From the NCBI GenBank assembly GCA_963772515.1, contig CAVYXC010000004.1, positions 361,131-425,130 on the forward strand: 64,000 nucleotides of DNA. Reading direction: 5' to 3'. The stretch comes from Vulcanimicrobiota bacterium (GTDB lineage: Bacteria; Vulcanimicrobiota; Vulcanimicrobiia; Eremiobacterales; Eremiobacteraceae). The translations under genes and the position numbers were made by a program. Each line of letters starts with the position of its first letter. The stretch's first letter is position 1. This document shows, one piece after another, positions 53,018-61,248 of this stretch. Below the pieces are notes generated by a model. That model was not told the DNA's origin. It made no database searches and worked only from the letters and a program-made list of their open reading frames with translations.

Positions 53018-53953
53018 GTGGCGACGATAGTAGAAACGGACGGTCACACGGCGCCTCTCGAGTCCCAAAGCGATGTTATCGACATGCAAGAACGCGCCTG
53101 GATGCATTTCAACGACGGGAAAATGCAGTTTTCCCTTCGGGGATCAAGCCACGACCGGTTCTGGACCGGATTCGAGGCGGCCCTCATCGAGACGTCGGGC
53201 GGCGTCAGCCAAGCCCGATATAACAATGCACACGGTATATCCGTGCAAGTGGGAGCGCCAACTCGCACGACGGCCCGTTGCGACGGGGCCGTGTCTCGAC
53301 GTTTGCAGGTCCCCGGCACCATTGATCTGATGCCGCTAGGCTTTTCGGGTGAGTGGCAGGACGAGGGCCCGACGGCTTTCCTCTGCATCCACCTGAGCCC
53401 ATCGCTCGTGCAAACGACGGCCGAGGAAATGGGCGTGAATCCCGATCGCGTCTCGATCTTACCGTTGCTTCAGTTCATGGATCCGCAGATCGAGCACATC
53501 GGCTGGGCCCTCAAAGCCGAATTGGAGACGCCCGAGCCGTCTGGTCGTCTCTACGCGGATGGTTTAGGACTGGCGCTGGCCGCGCACTTGCTCCGGCAGC
53601 ACGCGCCGCTTGTGCCCCGTATCACCAAAGGCTTACCGAAACGCCGGCTGCAACGCGTCACGGATTACATCCACGACCATCTGGCGCAGGACCTCCGACT
53701 CGCGCAGCTCGCGGAAATCGCAAGCGTCAGCCCATCGCATTTCAAGTCGCTGTTCAAACAATCCGTCGGCGTGCCCGTTCATCAATATGTCATCCGAAGC
53801 CGTGTGGAATATGCGGTCGACCTGCTGGTAAAAAGCACGATTCCTTTGAGCGATGTGGCGCTGCAGGCCGGTTTTGCAAACCAGAGCCACATGGCCCGCT
53901 GCGTGCGGCGCGTCACGGGGCTCACGCCAAGCAGTCTGCGCAATTTGACCTAA
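53018..53953 (+). CDS. AraC family transcriptional regulator
   Basis: 311 aa; C-terminal AraC HTH (SPSHFKSLFKQSVGVPVHQY, FANQSHMARCVRRVTG). Confidence 0.8.
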   Translation: MATIVETDGHTAPLESQSDVIDMQERAWMHFNDGKMQFSLRGSSHDRFWTGFEAALIETSGGVSQARYNNAHGISVQVGAPTRTTARCDGAVSRRLQVPGTIDLMPLGFSGEWQDEGPTAFLCIHLSPSLVQTTAEEMGVNPDRVSILPLLQFMDPQIEHIGWALKAELETPEPSGRLYADGLGLALAAHLLRQHAPLVPRITKGLPKRRLQRVTDYIHDHLAQDLRLAQLAEIASVSPSHFKSLFKQSVGVPVHQYVIRSRVEYAVDLLVKSTIPLSDVALQAGFANQSHMARCVRRVTGLTPSSLRNLT

Positions 53954-54224
53954 GGCCCGCCAGCCTTAGCGCCTAGCGCGATTTCCGTCCGTTCGTATTA
54001 AGGACCGCCCAAACGTGAGCGACGGCGGCGTCGTATACTGTTACTTTTGAGGGTCGACGCATCTCGTCTGCGTGACCGGCGCTGTCGCGCCGTCTGACGA
54101 TCGAGAATTGAGAGAAGAAAGTCGGTTCTCGTCGGGCTCCTGATCCAGGTAACATGGGCTCTGGCAGGCATCACGGGAACGCTCAATCGCTCGGTCGTCG
54201 CTTCAAGAAGGAACAAGGTAGACC

Positions 54225-57200
54225 ATGAAAGGTTTGCTGAAATTCGCCTTTTTGACGATCGTGGTGCTGCTTGTCCAGGGAACATGGGCACTGGCAGGCG
54301 TCACTGGATCGTTGAATGGCACAGTTCTGCAGGAGCAAACGCACGCGCCCGTCGCGCAAGCGAAGGTCACGGCGTCCTCTGCGAGTCAGACCTCAAGCAC
54401 AACGACCGACAATGGTGGTCACTTCGGTTTCGTCTCGTTAGTCCCCGACACGTACAGCGTGACGGTGGCCAAGGAAGGCACGATCGAGACGTTCGTGCAG
54501 CGCGGTGTGACCGTGCTCGCGGACCAAGTCCAACAACTCACGCTCGTGGTGAGGCCGTCGATCAAGACGCTGGCGACGGTCACGACGCGCGGGTCGACCG
54601 ATCTCGTCAAACCCGGCACGACTGCTAACGTCTACTCGGTCAACGCGGCCGCGCAGGCGCGCAGCGCAGTGCTCGGCGGCGGCGGCGGCGCCAACCAAGG
54701 CTACTCCGCCATCGCAGCGCTCCCTGGGGCCTACGTTCCGCCGGGTCAATCGGGCTGGTTCCAAGTCGTCAACATCCGCGGCGGCGACTACGACCAGGTC
54801 GGCTACGAGTTCGACGGCGTGCCGGTGAACCGGTCGTTCGACAACTACGCGTCGAGCAATCTGTCCGCCATCGGCCAGCAGGAGCTGCAGCTGTACACGG
54901 GCGCGGCGCCTGCCACAGCCGAGGGTCAGGGCTTGGCGGGCTACATCAACCAGGTCATCAAGAGCGGCACCTATCCGGGCTACGCCAATGTCGACCTTGG
55001 GATCGGCGGCCCGAACCTGTACAACAAAGCGAGCTTCGAAGTCGGCGGTGCGACCCCGAACCGCAACTTCTCCTACTACGTCGGCGTGGGCATCGCCAAC
55101 CAAAGCCCGCGCTACTATGACGAGAACAACGGCGCTAGCCAGAACTCGACCTACGGGTTGGTGTATGACATGGCACCGTCGGCGACCGTCGGCGGCACCT
55201 GCGGCACCGACGCCGTGCCTTCGAACTATGTGAAGTGCTACGCAAACACCGCGAACTCGATTCTCGGCCAGCCGGTCGGGCCAGGCGGCTACTACCTTGG
55301 ATCGATGAACATCCTCACGCCGAAGAATGAGCAAGACCATGAAAACGTCTTCAACTTCCACTTCGGCATTCCGCACAAGAACGACTCCGGTAAAGACGAC
55401 ATCCAACTGCTGTACGACACGTTCCAGCTGTACACGAATTTCTACAACAACCCCAACGATTGGGGCGGCGGCCCGAGCTTCTTCTCGCACAACCCTGGAA
55501 CGGTCGAAGGCCCGGGTCAGCCGTTGTACTTCTCAGGCGCACAATACATGACGCCTGTCGGCACGCTATTCACGTCGGCTGCGCCTGGACAGGTCAACAA
55601 CGTCGTGCCCTACGCTTACCCGAACGAAGGCAACGCCTTCCTGAACAACTCGTTTACCGGCACGAATATCCCGGGCAACAGTTATGAAGGGTATAGCAAC
55701 GGACTGTCCATCTACAAGCTCCAGTATCAGCACAACATCGGCACGTCGTCGTACCTGCGCGTGTACGGATACATCGACTACTCGTGGTGGTTCATTCAGG
55801 ACCCGATGGGGGCTTATAATCTGGACTTCGCCCTCGCCCCCGACTACGAGCTGTCGACGCATACGCGCGGCGCATCGGCAAACTACGTCAATCAGCTCTC
55901 GCCCAAGAACCTGCTCAACATCGAAGGCACGTATTCGACGGCGAGCACCGTGCGCGACAACAACACGCAGATGTTCGACACGCTGTCGGGCGCGCGCGGC
56001 GACGTGGCACAGCTCGTCAGCGCCACTAACCCGACCAGCGGCATCTGCTACAACGTGGCGAATCCGGGCGTGCCGGCATCGTGCCTCAAAGCCAGCGCCA
56101 ACGCAGGGCCGCTGGACGCTAACTACCTCACGCTTGGCAACCTCACGTGCGGCGCCAACTGCCTGGGATCGATCGGCAACTTCTTCGGTCCCGGTGTGGG
56201 CATACCGGCCCCAAGCGCTACAGCGTGTGGCGGACCCTGCGCGTGGTACGTGTCCGAGAACGGCCCATATGCCACGTACAATACGGTGACACCCCGCTTC
56301 TGGGGCGTGTCAGCGCAAGACACCTGGAAGCCGAACGATCGCCTGAACTTCAACATCGGCGTGCGCGATGACATCTACACGTTCGTCTACACGCCGACGG
56401 GGACAGGCACGCGACCGTACTGGTTCAACGCCTGGAACGCGGTGTCGTGCGTCAATCCGCTCTTCAACGGTGGAAATCCGATCGACGAGACGTCGCCTGG
56501 CGGAGGCCTAACGCCTCAGGTGGCCGGCACGCCGTGTTCTGCGCTCGGAGCTGGGTTCACGCAGGCGACGCTGACCGATACGACGGCCAACGGCGGCCAG
56601 ATCACCTACAACGAACTCGAACCGCGGTTCGGCGGAACGTACTCGTTCAGCACCAACGACGTGCTGCGCTTCTCGGCGGGCCGCTACTCGGAGCCGGCCA
56701 ACGCGGCGTTCCAACAGTACGACAGCTTGGACCAAGACCTGCCTGAGCATCTGCTCGGGTCGCTGTTCTACAAGTACGGGTTCACGTCGCCTAACCACGT
56801 GGTCAGCCCGTCGATCTCGTATAACTACGACCTGTCGTGGGAGCACCAGTTCGCCAACACGCAGACGTCGCTCGTGCTGACGCCGTTCTTGCGCAAGACG
56901 AACAACCAGGTCCAGCAGATCTACATCAGCCCGCAGACGGCGTTCGTTTCCGGCCTGAATGTCGGTAACGAGACGAACCTCGGGCTCGAGTTCTTGGCGA
57001 ACATGGGCAACTTCAACAACAACGGCTTCGCCGGCCAGCTGGCGTACACGTATACGCACAGCTACGTCACATACAACCCGCTACCGACCGGACAGTCCGT
57101 GTTGGGGCAGGACAACATCGATATCCAGCACTACAACTCGTTCACCTCGGCCTGCGTCGGTGCGGTAGCCTCCTCTAGCCCCACAAGCATGTGCGGCACG

Positions 57201-57953
57201 GACGGCGGCAACAACGCGCTGCCGACCGAAGTGGGCGGCGTCGCCAACCCGTACTACAACGCACCAGCACAAGGGCTGCTTAGCTCGACCGCACAGTACG
57301 CGCCGTACTCCATCGTTCCCGTCGGCGTACAGCTGTCGTCGCTGAGCTACGTGGTGCCGCACGTCGTGACGCTCATCGTCCAGTACAAGAAGGACAAGTG
57401 GGCGTTCGTTCCGTCGTTCCAGTTCCACGGCGGACAGAAGTACGGCGCCCCCGAGACGACGTACGGCTTCGATCCGAGCAGCTGCACGGCGGCGTTGGCG
57501 AACCCGGTCACGGGCGACCCGCGCTATCCGTACGGCGGCAGCGGCACAGCGGCCGACGCGACGAGCTGCACGGGTTCGCTGGTCGTCCCCGATCCGTACA
57601 CCGGCAAATTCGATCAACCCGGTGCATTCACTGAGCCGAACCAGTACAGCTTGCACATGGGCATCTCATATGCCGCGACGCCTCGGGTCTCGTATCAGCT
57701 CAACCTGGCGAACATCGTCAACTACTGCAGTGGCGGATCTAAGGAGCCCTGGATCTTGAACGACAACCACTGGTGCCTGTATAGCAATAGCGCCGGGTTC
57801 TTCCCGCCGGTGGGCAACTTCTACAATCCCGGGGATACGATCCAACCGCAGTTCAAGTATCCCTACTTCGTCAACGCGACAGGCGACAACGGCACGACCT
57901 ATGGCGTGGTCGTTCCGTTCAACGCCACCTTCAACATCCAGATCAAGATGTAA
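54225..57953 (+). CDS. TonB-dependent receptor-like outer-membrane protein with carboxypeptidase regulatory-like N-domain (paralog of 14919..18161)
   Basis: 1242 aa; signal peptide; CarbopepD_reg-like domain; plug-like region (VNIRGGDYDQVGYEFDGVPVN). Confidence 0.65.
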   Translation: MKGLLKFAFLTIVVLLVQGTWALAGVTGSLNGTVLQEQTHAPVAQAKVTASSASQTSSTTTDNGGHFGFVSLVPDTYSVTVAKEGTIETFVQRGVTVLADQVQQLTLVVRPSIKTLATVTTRGSTDLVKPGTTANVYSVNAAAQARSAVLGGGGGANQGYSAIAALPGAYVPPGQSGWFQVVNIRGGDYDQVGYEFDGVPVNRSFDNYASSNLSAIGQQELQLYTGAAPATAEGQGLAGYINQVIKSGTYPGYANVDLGIGGPNLYNKASFEVGGATPNRNFSYYVGVGIANQSPRYYDENNGASQNSTYGLVYDMAPSATVGGTCGTDAVPSNYVKCYANTANSILGQPVGPGGYYLGSMNILTPKNEQDHENVFNFHFGIPHKNDSGKDDIQLLYDTFQLYTNFYNNPNDWGGGPSFFSHNPGTVEGPGQPLYFSGAQYMTPVGTLFTSAAPGQVNNVVPYAYPNEGNAFLNNSFTGTNIPGNSYEGYSNGLSIYKLQYQHNIGTSSYLRVYGYIDYSWWFIQDPMGAYNLDFALAPDYELSTHTRGASANYVNQLSPKNLLNIEGTYSTASTVRDNNTQMFDTLSGARGDVAQLVSATNPTSGICYNVANPGVPASCLKASANAGPLDANYLTLGNLTCGANCLGSIGNFFGPGVGIPAPSATACGGPCAWYVSENGPYATYNTVTPRFWGVSAQDTWKPNDRLNFNIGVRDDIYTFVYTPTGTGTRPYWFNAWNAVSCVNPLFNGGNPIDETSPGGGLTPQVAGTPCSALGAGFTQATLTDTTANGGQITYNELEPRFGGTYSFSTNDVLRFSAGRYSEPANAAFQQYDSLDQDLPEHLLGSLFYKYGFTSPNHVVSPSISYNYDLSWEHQFANTQTSLVLTPFLRKTNNQVQQIYISPQTAFVSGLNVGNETNLGLEFLANMGNFNNNGFAGQLAYTYTHSYVTYNPLPTGQSVLGQDNIDIQHYNSFTSACVGAVASSSPTSMCGTDGGNNALPTEVGGVANPYYNAPAQGLLSSTAQYAPYSIVPVGVQLSSLSYVVPHVVTLIVQYKKDKWAFVPSFQFHGGQKYGAPETTYGFDPSSCTAALANPVTGDPRYPYGGSGTAADATSCTGSLVVPDPYTGKFDQPGAFTEPNQYSLHMGISYAATPRVSYQLNLANIVNYCSGGSKEPWILNDNHWCLYSNSAGFFPPVGNFYNPGDTIQPQFKYPYFVNATGDNGTTYGVVVPFNATFNIQIKM

Positions 57954-57976
57954 CGCTCCGGTCTGGAAATCAATGA

Positions 57977-58016
57977 GGCCGGCGGCTCTGCGTGCCGCCG
58001 GTCTCTCTTTTTTCGC
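57977..58016 (+). terminator. Rho-independent terminator after receptor-like gene
   Basis: GGCCGGCGGC-tctgcgt-GCCGCCGGTC stem followed by TCTCTCTTTTTT. Confidence 0.7.
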
Positions 58017-58027
58017 CCGGCTGTGCT

Positions 58028-58093
58028 CGGAGAGGAAGGAACGGACACGCGTCAGAACGCGTGAAACCCTGTTCACGCGATAGCAGTCGCGAC
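58028..58093 (+). repeat. Copy 1 of about 55-65 bp repeat containing inverted repeat CGCGTGAA-N4-6-TTCACGCG, upstream of small gene 58117
   Basis: Near-identical to 59228..59336 copy. Confidence 0.6.
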
Positions 58094-58116
58094 ACCGGAA
58101 ATAGGAAGTTTGTAGG

Positions 58117-58308
58117 ATGATCCGCGTTGGTGATCATGTCGTCGTGCGCGGCGAAGATGAGGAAGCAATCGTGACCGCAGTGCATCCCGACTCACAAGTA
58201 GAGATCGAGTACCTTCACGCATCGGCTAGCGGCGCGCGGCGCAAACGCTACGCCGCGGAGGCGCTTGAGGTCATCGAGGGCGGTCGCGGCGAGCGGTCAC
58301 AGGGTTGA
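58117..58308 (+). CDS. Hypothetical small protein
   Basis: 63 aa; AGGAAG RBS-like 13 nt upstream. Confidence 0.35.
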   Translation: MIRVGDHVVVRGEDEEAIVTAVHPDSQVEIEYLHASASGARRKRYAAEALEVIEGGRGERSQG

Positions 58309-58329
58309 TTCCGTAGTTCAAGGGACTTC

Positions 58330-58734
58330 TTGGATAATTTCGGGTTCATGGATTCGTGGCCGGCGCGGGTGCGGTGGCTGCTTGTTCTTCCTGTCGCCGC
58401 GGCGTGTTACGGTCTGTCAATGGGGCTCTTTCTCGTCATGTTTAACATCGTCTGGCACCTCCGCGGTAGTTTCAATGGGCTCTTCGATGTGGTAGTGGCG
58501 ATCTGCAGCGCTGCGTTTGTATGGCTTAGCCTCGCGACCGCCCCGCGTTTCAAATTGCTGGTAGCACTGGTTCTCGCCCTTGTTCCTCTCGCCTATGCCC
58601 GTTCAGAGTACGCGGCTTATCCAGCTGGCGGGGTCGCTATAGCTGTCGGCGTCTTCCTCGCGTGGGGGCTAGCGCTCTGGGGCTATCTCCGGCGGCGTCG
58701 AGTCGCTTTGCCATCCCGAGCTTCAGATGCCTGA
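58330..58734 (+). CDS. Hypothetical membrane protein
   Basis: 134 aa; 3-4 predicted TM helices. Confidence 0.4.
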   Translation: MDNFGFMDSWPARVRWLLVLPVAAACYGLSMGLFLVMFNIVWHLRGSFNGLFDVVVAICSAAFVWLSLATAPRFKLLVALVLALVPLAYARSEYAAYPAGGVAIAVGVFLAWGLALWGYLRRRRVALPSRASDA

Positions 58735-58957
58735 CAAGATCGGGATGCGCTGGCTCATCATCTTGACCGCGTGCGGACTCATACTGCTTGCGTTTGCTAC
58801 GGCTGCAGGGACACGCATCGGCAACTGGGAGATATGCGGATTTCATAATTACCCACTATGCACGGAGTGGAGGGTCGTTGCGTTCCTTGAGAGCTGTGCG
58901 GTTGTACTCATTGCCACCGGGGCTCTTATCGCCAACGAGCACCGTCCTGCGTCGTGA
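58727..58957 (+). CDS. Hypothetical small membrane protein
   Basis: 76 aa; two TM helices. Confidence 0.35.
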   Translation: MPDKIGMRWLIILTACGLILLAFATAAGTRIGNWEICGFHNYPLCTEWRVVAFLESCAVVLIATGALIANEHRPAS

Positions 58958-59058
58958 AGATGCCTTCACCGCGTTGGCTCGCCGTCGCTTCTCAGGCCTC
59001 GCAGGCGCGTCCTAGGGTGCCTAAGAAAACAGCACTTAGGGTCGCTCAGGAAAATAGT

Positions 59059-59088
59059 GCCGGCGTAGCTCAGGGGTAGAGCAGCGGT
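59059..59088 (+). other. tRNA-like 5' fragment (acceptor 5' strand plus D-arm: GCCGGCGTAGCTCAGGGGTAGAGCAGCGG), no complete cloverleaf
   Basis: Strong match to canonical tRNA 5' half; no matching 3' acceptor strand or T-arm downstream. Confidence 0.5.
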
Positions 59089-59102
59089 TTTGTAATTCTC
59101 GC

Positions 59103-59139
59103 AGGACGTGTCGTCGAGGGATGGCACGTCCTTTTTTCC
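59103..59139 (+). terminator. Rho-independent terminator immediately after tRNA-like fragment
   Basis: GGACGTG-(14 nt loop)-CACGTCC followed by TTTTTTCC. Confidence 0.65.
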
Positions 59140-59227
59140 TCGTGAGGATGCTGTAGAAGGTTGCTCAGGTCCGCGCGCTGACGCATCGTCCGTGACCACG
59201 GCGTGACCACGAAAGTCTCACGTTTCA

Positions 59228-59336
59228 GCGGAGAGGAAGGAACGAACATGCGACAGAACGCGTGAAACTGTTCACGCGACCCCTCATTTCGAGCACCATC
59301 CGCAGTCCAAGATAAGCAGTCGCGACGCTCAGCGAG
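59228..59336 (+). repeat. Copy 2 of repeat (extended form), upstream of small gene 59361
   Basis: CGGAGAGGAAGGAACGAACATGCGACAGAACGCGTGAAACTGTTCACGCGA...AGCAGTCGCGAC. Confidence 0.6.
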
Positions 59337-59360
59337 TTTGACTCACCCGCACAGCTCCGC

Positions 59361-59645
59361 GTGGTGCGCCCGAGGAACCTCATGGGAAAATCGCGGTTTA
59401 AGAAAAGCGGAATGCCTCTCCCGATGCTGCTAGACTTGCGGAGCATCCTGGCTCGTAGACGCCCCGACTTGCTTCCAGCCATGGACAAAGAGCTCGATCC
59501 TAAAACCGGCGATGCGATCTGTGGCGCCATAACCGAGGAACTAGCGAATGTCGGGATTGGCGATGACGGGGAAATCAACAAGCGTGGTCTTGTGTTAGAT
59601 GACCTGATCGACCGCGTCGGCCGACTCTCCAACGAGCGAAAATAG
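59361..59645 (+). CDS. Hypothetical protein
   Basis: 94 aa ORF following repeat copy 2. Confidence 0.4.
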   Translation: MVRPRNLMGKSRFKKSGMPLPMLLDLRSILARRRPDLLPAMDKELDPKTGDAICGAITEELANVGIGDDGEINKRGLVLDDLIDRVGRLSNERK

Positions 59646-59691
59646 CCCGTCGGCCCCCTGGGCCGACCCGAATTTGGAACTTTGACACACC
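59645..59691 (+). repeat. Direct repeat DR1 (about 47 bp) with internal hairpin GTCGGCC-ccctg-GGCCGAC, immediately after 59361 gene
   Basis: About 80% identical to DR2 at 59916..59963. Confidence 0.55.
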
Positions 59692-59700
59692 CGTGCGATC

Positions 59701-59871
59701 ATGAACAAAACCTGGACCCTCTTGGTCGTCGCTCTTATTTCATTGGGCGTCGCAATAACGGCTATTGGATTTCCTCGCACTTTAAAGAGGCTCACTGGTC
59801 GGACTGGCCTCAATGAGAAAATGGCACCCGACCTTTTCGTTCGCGCGTGGGGGTGGTTCTGGCGGTTATGA
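59701..59871 (+). CDS. Hypothetical small membrane protein (56 aa), not in ORF track
   Basis: ATG..TGA verified in frame; MNKTWTLLVVALISLGVAITAIGF TM helix; flanked by DR1 and DR2; weak RBS. Confidence 0.3.
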   Translation: MNKTWTLLVVALISLGVAITAIGFPRTLKRLTGRTGLNEKMAPDLFVRAWGWFWRL

Positions 59872-59915
59872 CTGGCTTTATCGTCTGGGCGGCATTGTAC
59901 GGTTAATCCGAGAAA

Positions 59916-59963
59916 CCCCGGTCGGCCCCTAGGCCAGCCCGAATTCTGGACTTTGACCACCGC
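59916..59963 (+). repeat. Direct repeat DR2
   Basis: CCCCGGTCGGCCCCTAGGCCAGCCCGAATTCTGGACTTTGACCACCGC. Confidence 0.55.
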
Positions 59964-60207
59964 ACGCGTCAGAGAAATTTTTCCCGATTCTTGCGAGCTT
60001 CTTGAGCCAATGGTCTTGAAACTTTGTTCGTCGGGTGTCGGATTGTCCGAGCACCAACCGAGAAAGCACTTCCTCCAGGCATTTGCGCTTCTGGCGGTCC
60101 CTATCACGTTTCCGCGTCGTGAAATCAGATATCGACCAAGGAGGAGGTGGGCCGCCCGAGAATCCCGACACCGGGGGATCGAGCACATGCAAAGTTAGGG
60201 GGTTCTT

Positions 60208-60489
60208 ATGTCCCTTTCTAAACGCATAGCTACGATTTTGACTCTAGCAACAATCATTACAGCATCGTCGATCAGCGTAGTAAAGGCCGGCCCGCCTCCT
60301 AAAGGTGCAAACACAGGGAGCGACTGCCAGGTCACCATTTACGGGGTCGGCAACAGCTCTGGGGTAGTCTGCGACTATGTAACGATTACGGTCTGCACAA
60401 ACGGGGGGTCGTCCGTAAGTGGAAGATGGTCAACGATATGCCCCGGTGCTCCTTGTGGAGCTACCACTAATCCTCTTGAGTGTCCCTAG
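60208..60489 (+). CDS. Small secreted cysteine-rich protein (6 Cys in about 67-aa mature part)
   Basis: 93 aa; signal peptide; strong RBS AGGGGGT; lower-GC region. Confidence 0.5.
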   Translation: MSLSKRIATILTLATIITASSISVVKAGPPPKGANTGSDCQVTIYGVGNSSGVVCDYVTITVCTNGGSSVSGRWSTICPGAPCGATTNPLECP

Positions 60490-61229
60490 TGCTCTCGCGT
60501 CTTTTCTTCGCGGGGCTTCTGGCATGCACGCTTTTAGCGAGTAGTCGGAGCGTCGTCGCGTCAGACCAGGTAGCTGTCCCGTCAAGCCTGATCTTCCTTT
60601 CGCCATCGCTCAGTGCGGCCCAACAATATACTTGGGAGTTTGTCCACACGCGCGAAGGTCAGATCATCCGGGCGAAAATAGCGTGTACTGTTCAGCAGGA
60701 ATCGGCCACCGGGTACAGGTTGCAACCGGAGCTTACTGTCGGGAAGAGTGCCCCCGAAAAGAGACCGCTCTACGACTACAAGAACGGAGTCGCTTTTGGC
60801 GCCGGGGACGAGGCGCTTCGTCATACGGCAGTCTGCCCATTCTACTATACTGCGGACTTTGGCGTTCCGCCGGATAACGTGAGTGTCGGAACGACGTGGC
60901 AGTATGACACGCCGGCGTCATATCAAAGCGATCTGATAGCAAATGCCCACGTGACCGCGACCATCACCAGCCTTGACCCAATCACGAAAGAGGCAAAGAT
61001 TCATGTCGTCTTCTCTGGGAGTGGGCCGTTCACCGACCCAGAGAATACCGGTCATCCGGTTACTCAGAATGGGAAAGGAACTGTAGACCTCGACATCATC
61101 AACGGAGGCGTAATCAAGGAGCGGCTCTTCAAAGTTCACGATAACGTTGGTCTCGCCGGGACGACAATGGACGAGGATATCACGGTTCATATTACCTTCA
61201 CTGGCGTTAGTGAGGTAAACAACCAGTAA
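60480..61229 (+). CDS. Hypothetical secreted protein
   Basis: 249 aa; signal peptide; GTG start overlapping upstream gene. Confidence 0.45.
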   Translation: MSLVLSRLFFAGLLACTLLASSRSVVASDQVAVPSSLIFLSPSLSAAQQYTWEFVHTREGQIIRAKIACTVQQESATGYRLQPELTVGKSAPEKRPLYDYKNGVAFGAGDEALRHTAVCPFYYTADFGVPPDNVSVGTTWQYDTPASYQSDLIANAHVTATITSLDPITKEAKIHVVFSGSGPFTDPENTGHPVTQNGKGTVDLDIINGGVIKERLFKVHDNVGLAGTTMDEDITVHITFTGVSEVNNQ

Positions 61230-61248
61230 GTCCGCCAGGCGGCACAAC

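Noticed and set aside
58028-58093. LexA (Cheo-box) or integron attC identity for the island repeats
   Set aside because: GAAC/GTTC spacing does not fit Cheo (GAAC-N4-GTTC) or other LexA boxes, and no GTTRRRY core sites are present for attC.
59059-59140. Complete tRNA gene
   Set aside because: Only the 5' acceptor/D-arm half is recognisable; no anticodon-stem complement, T-arm or 3' acceptor strand on either strand.
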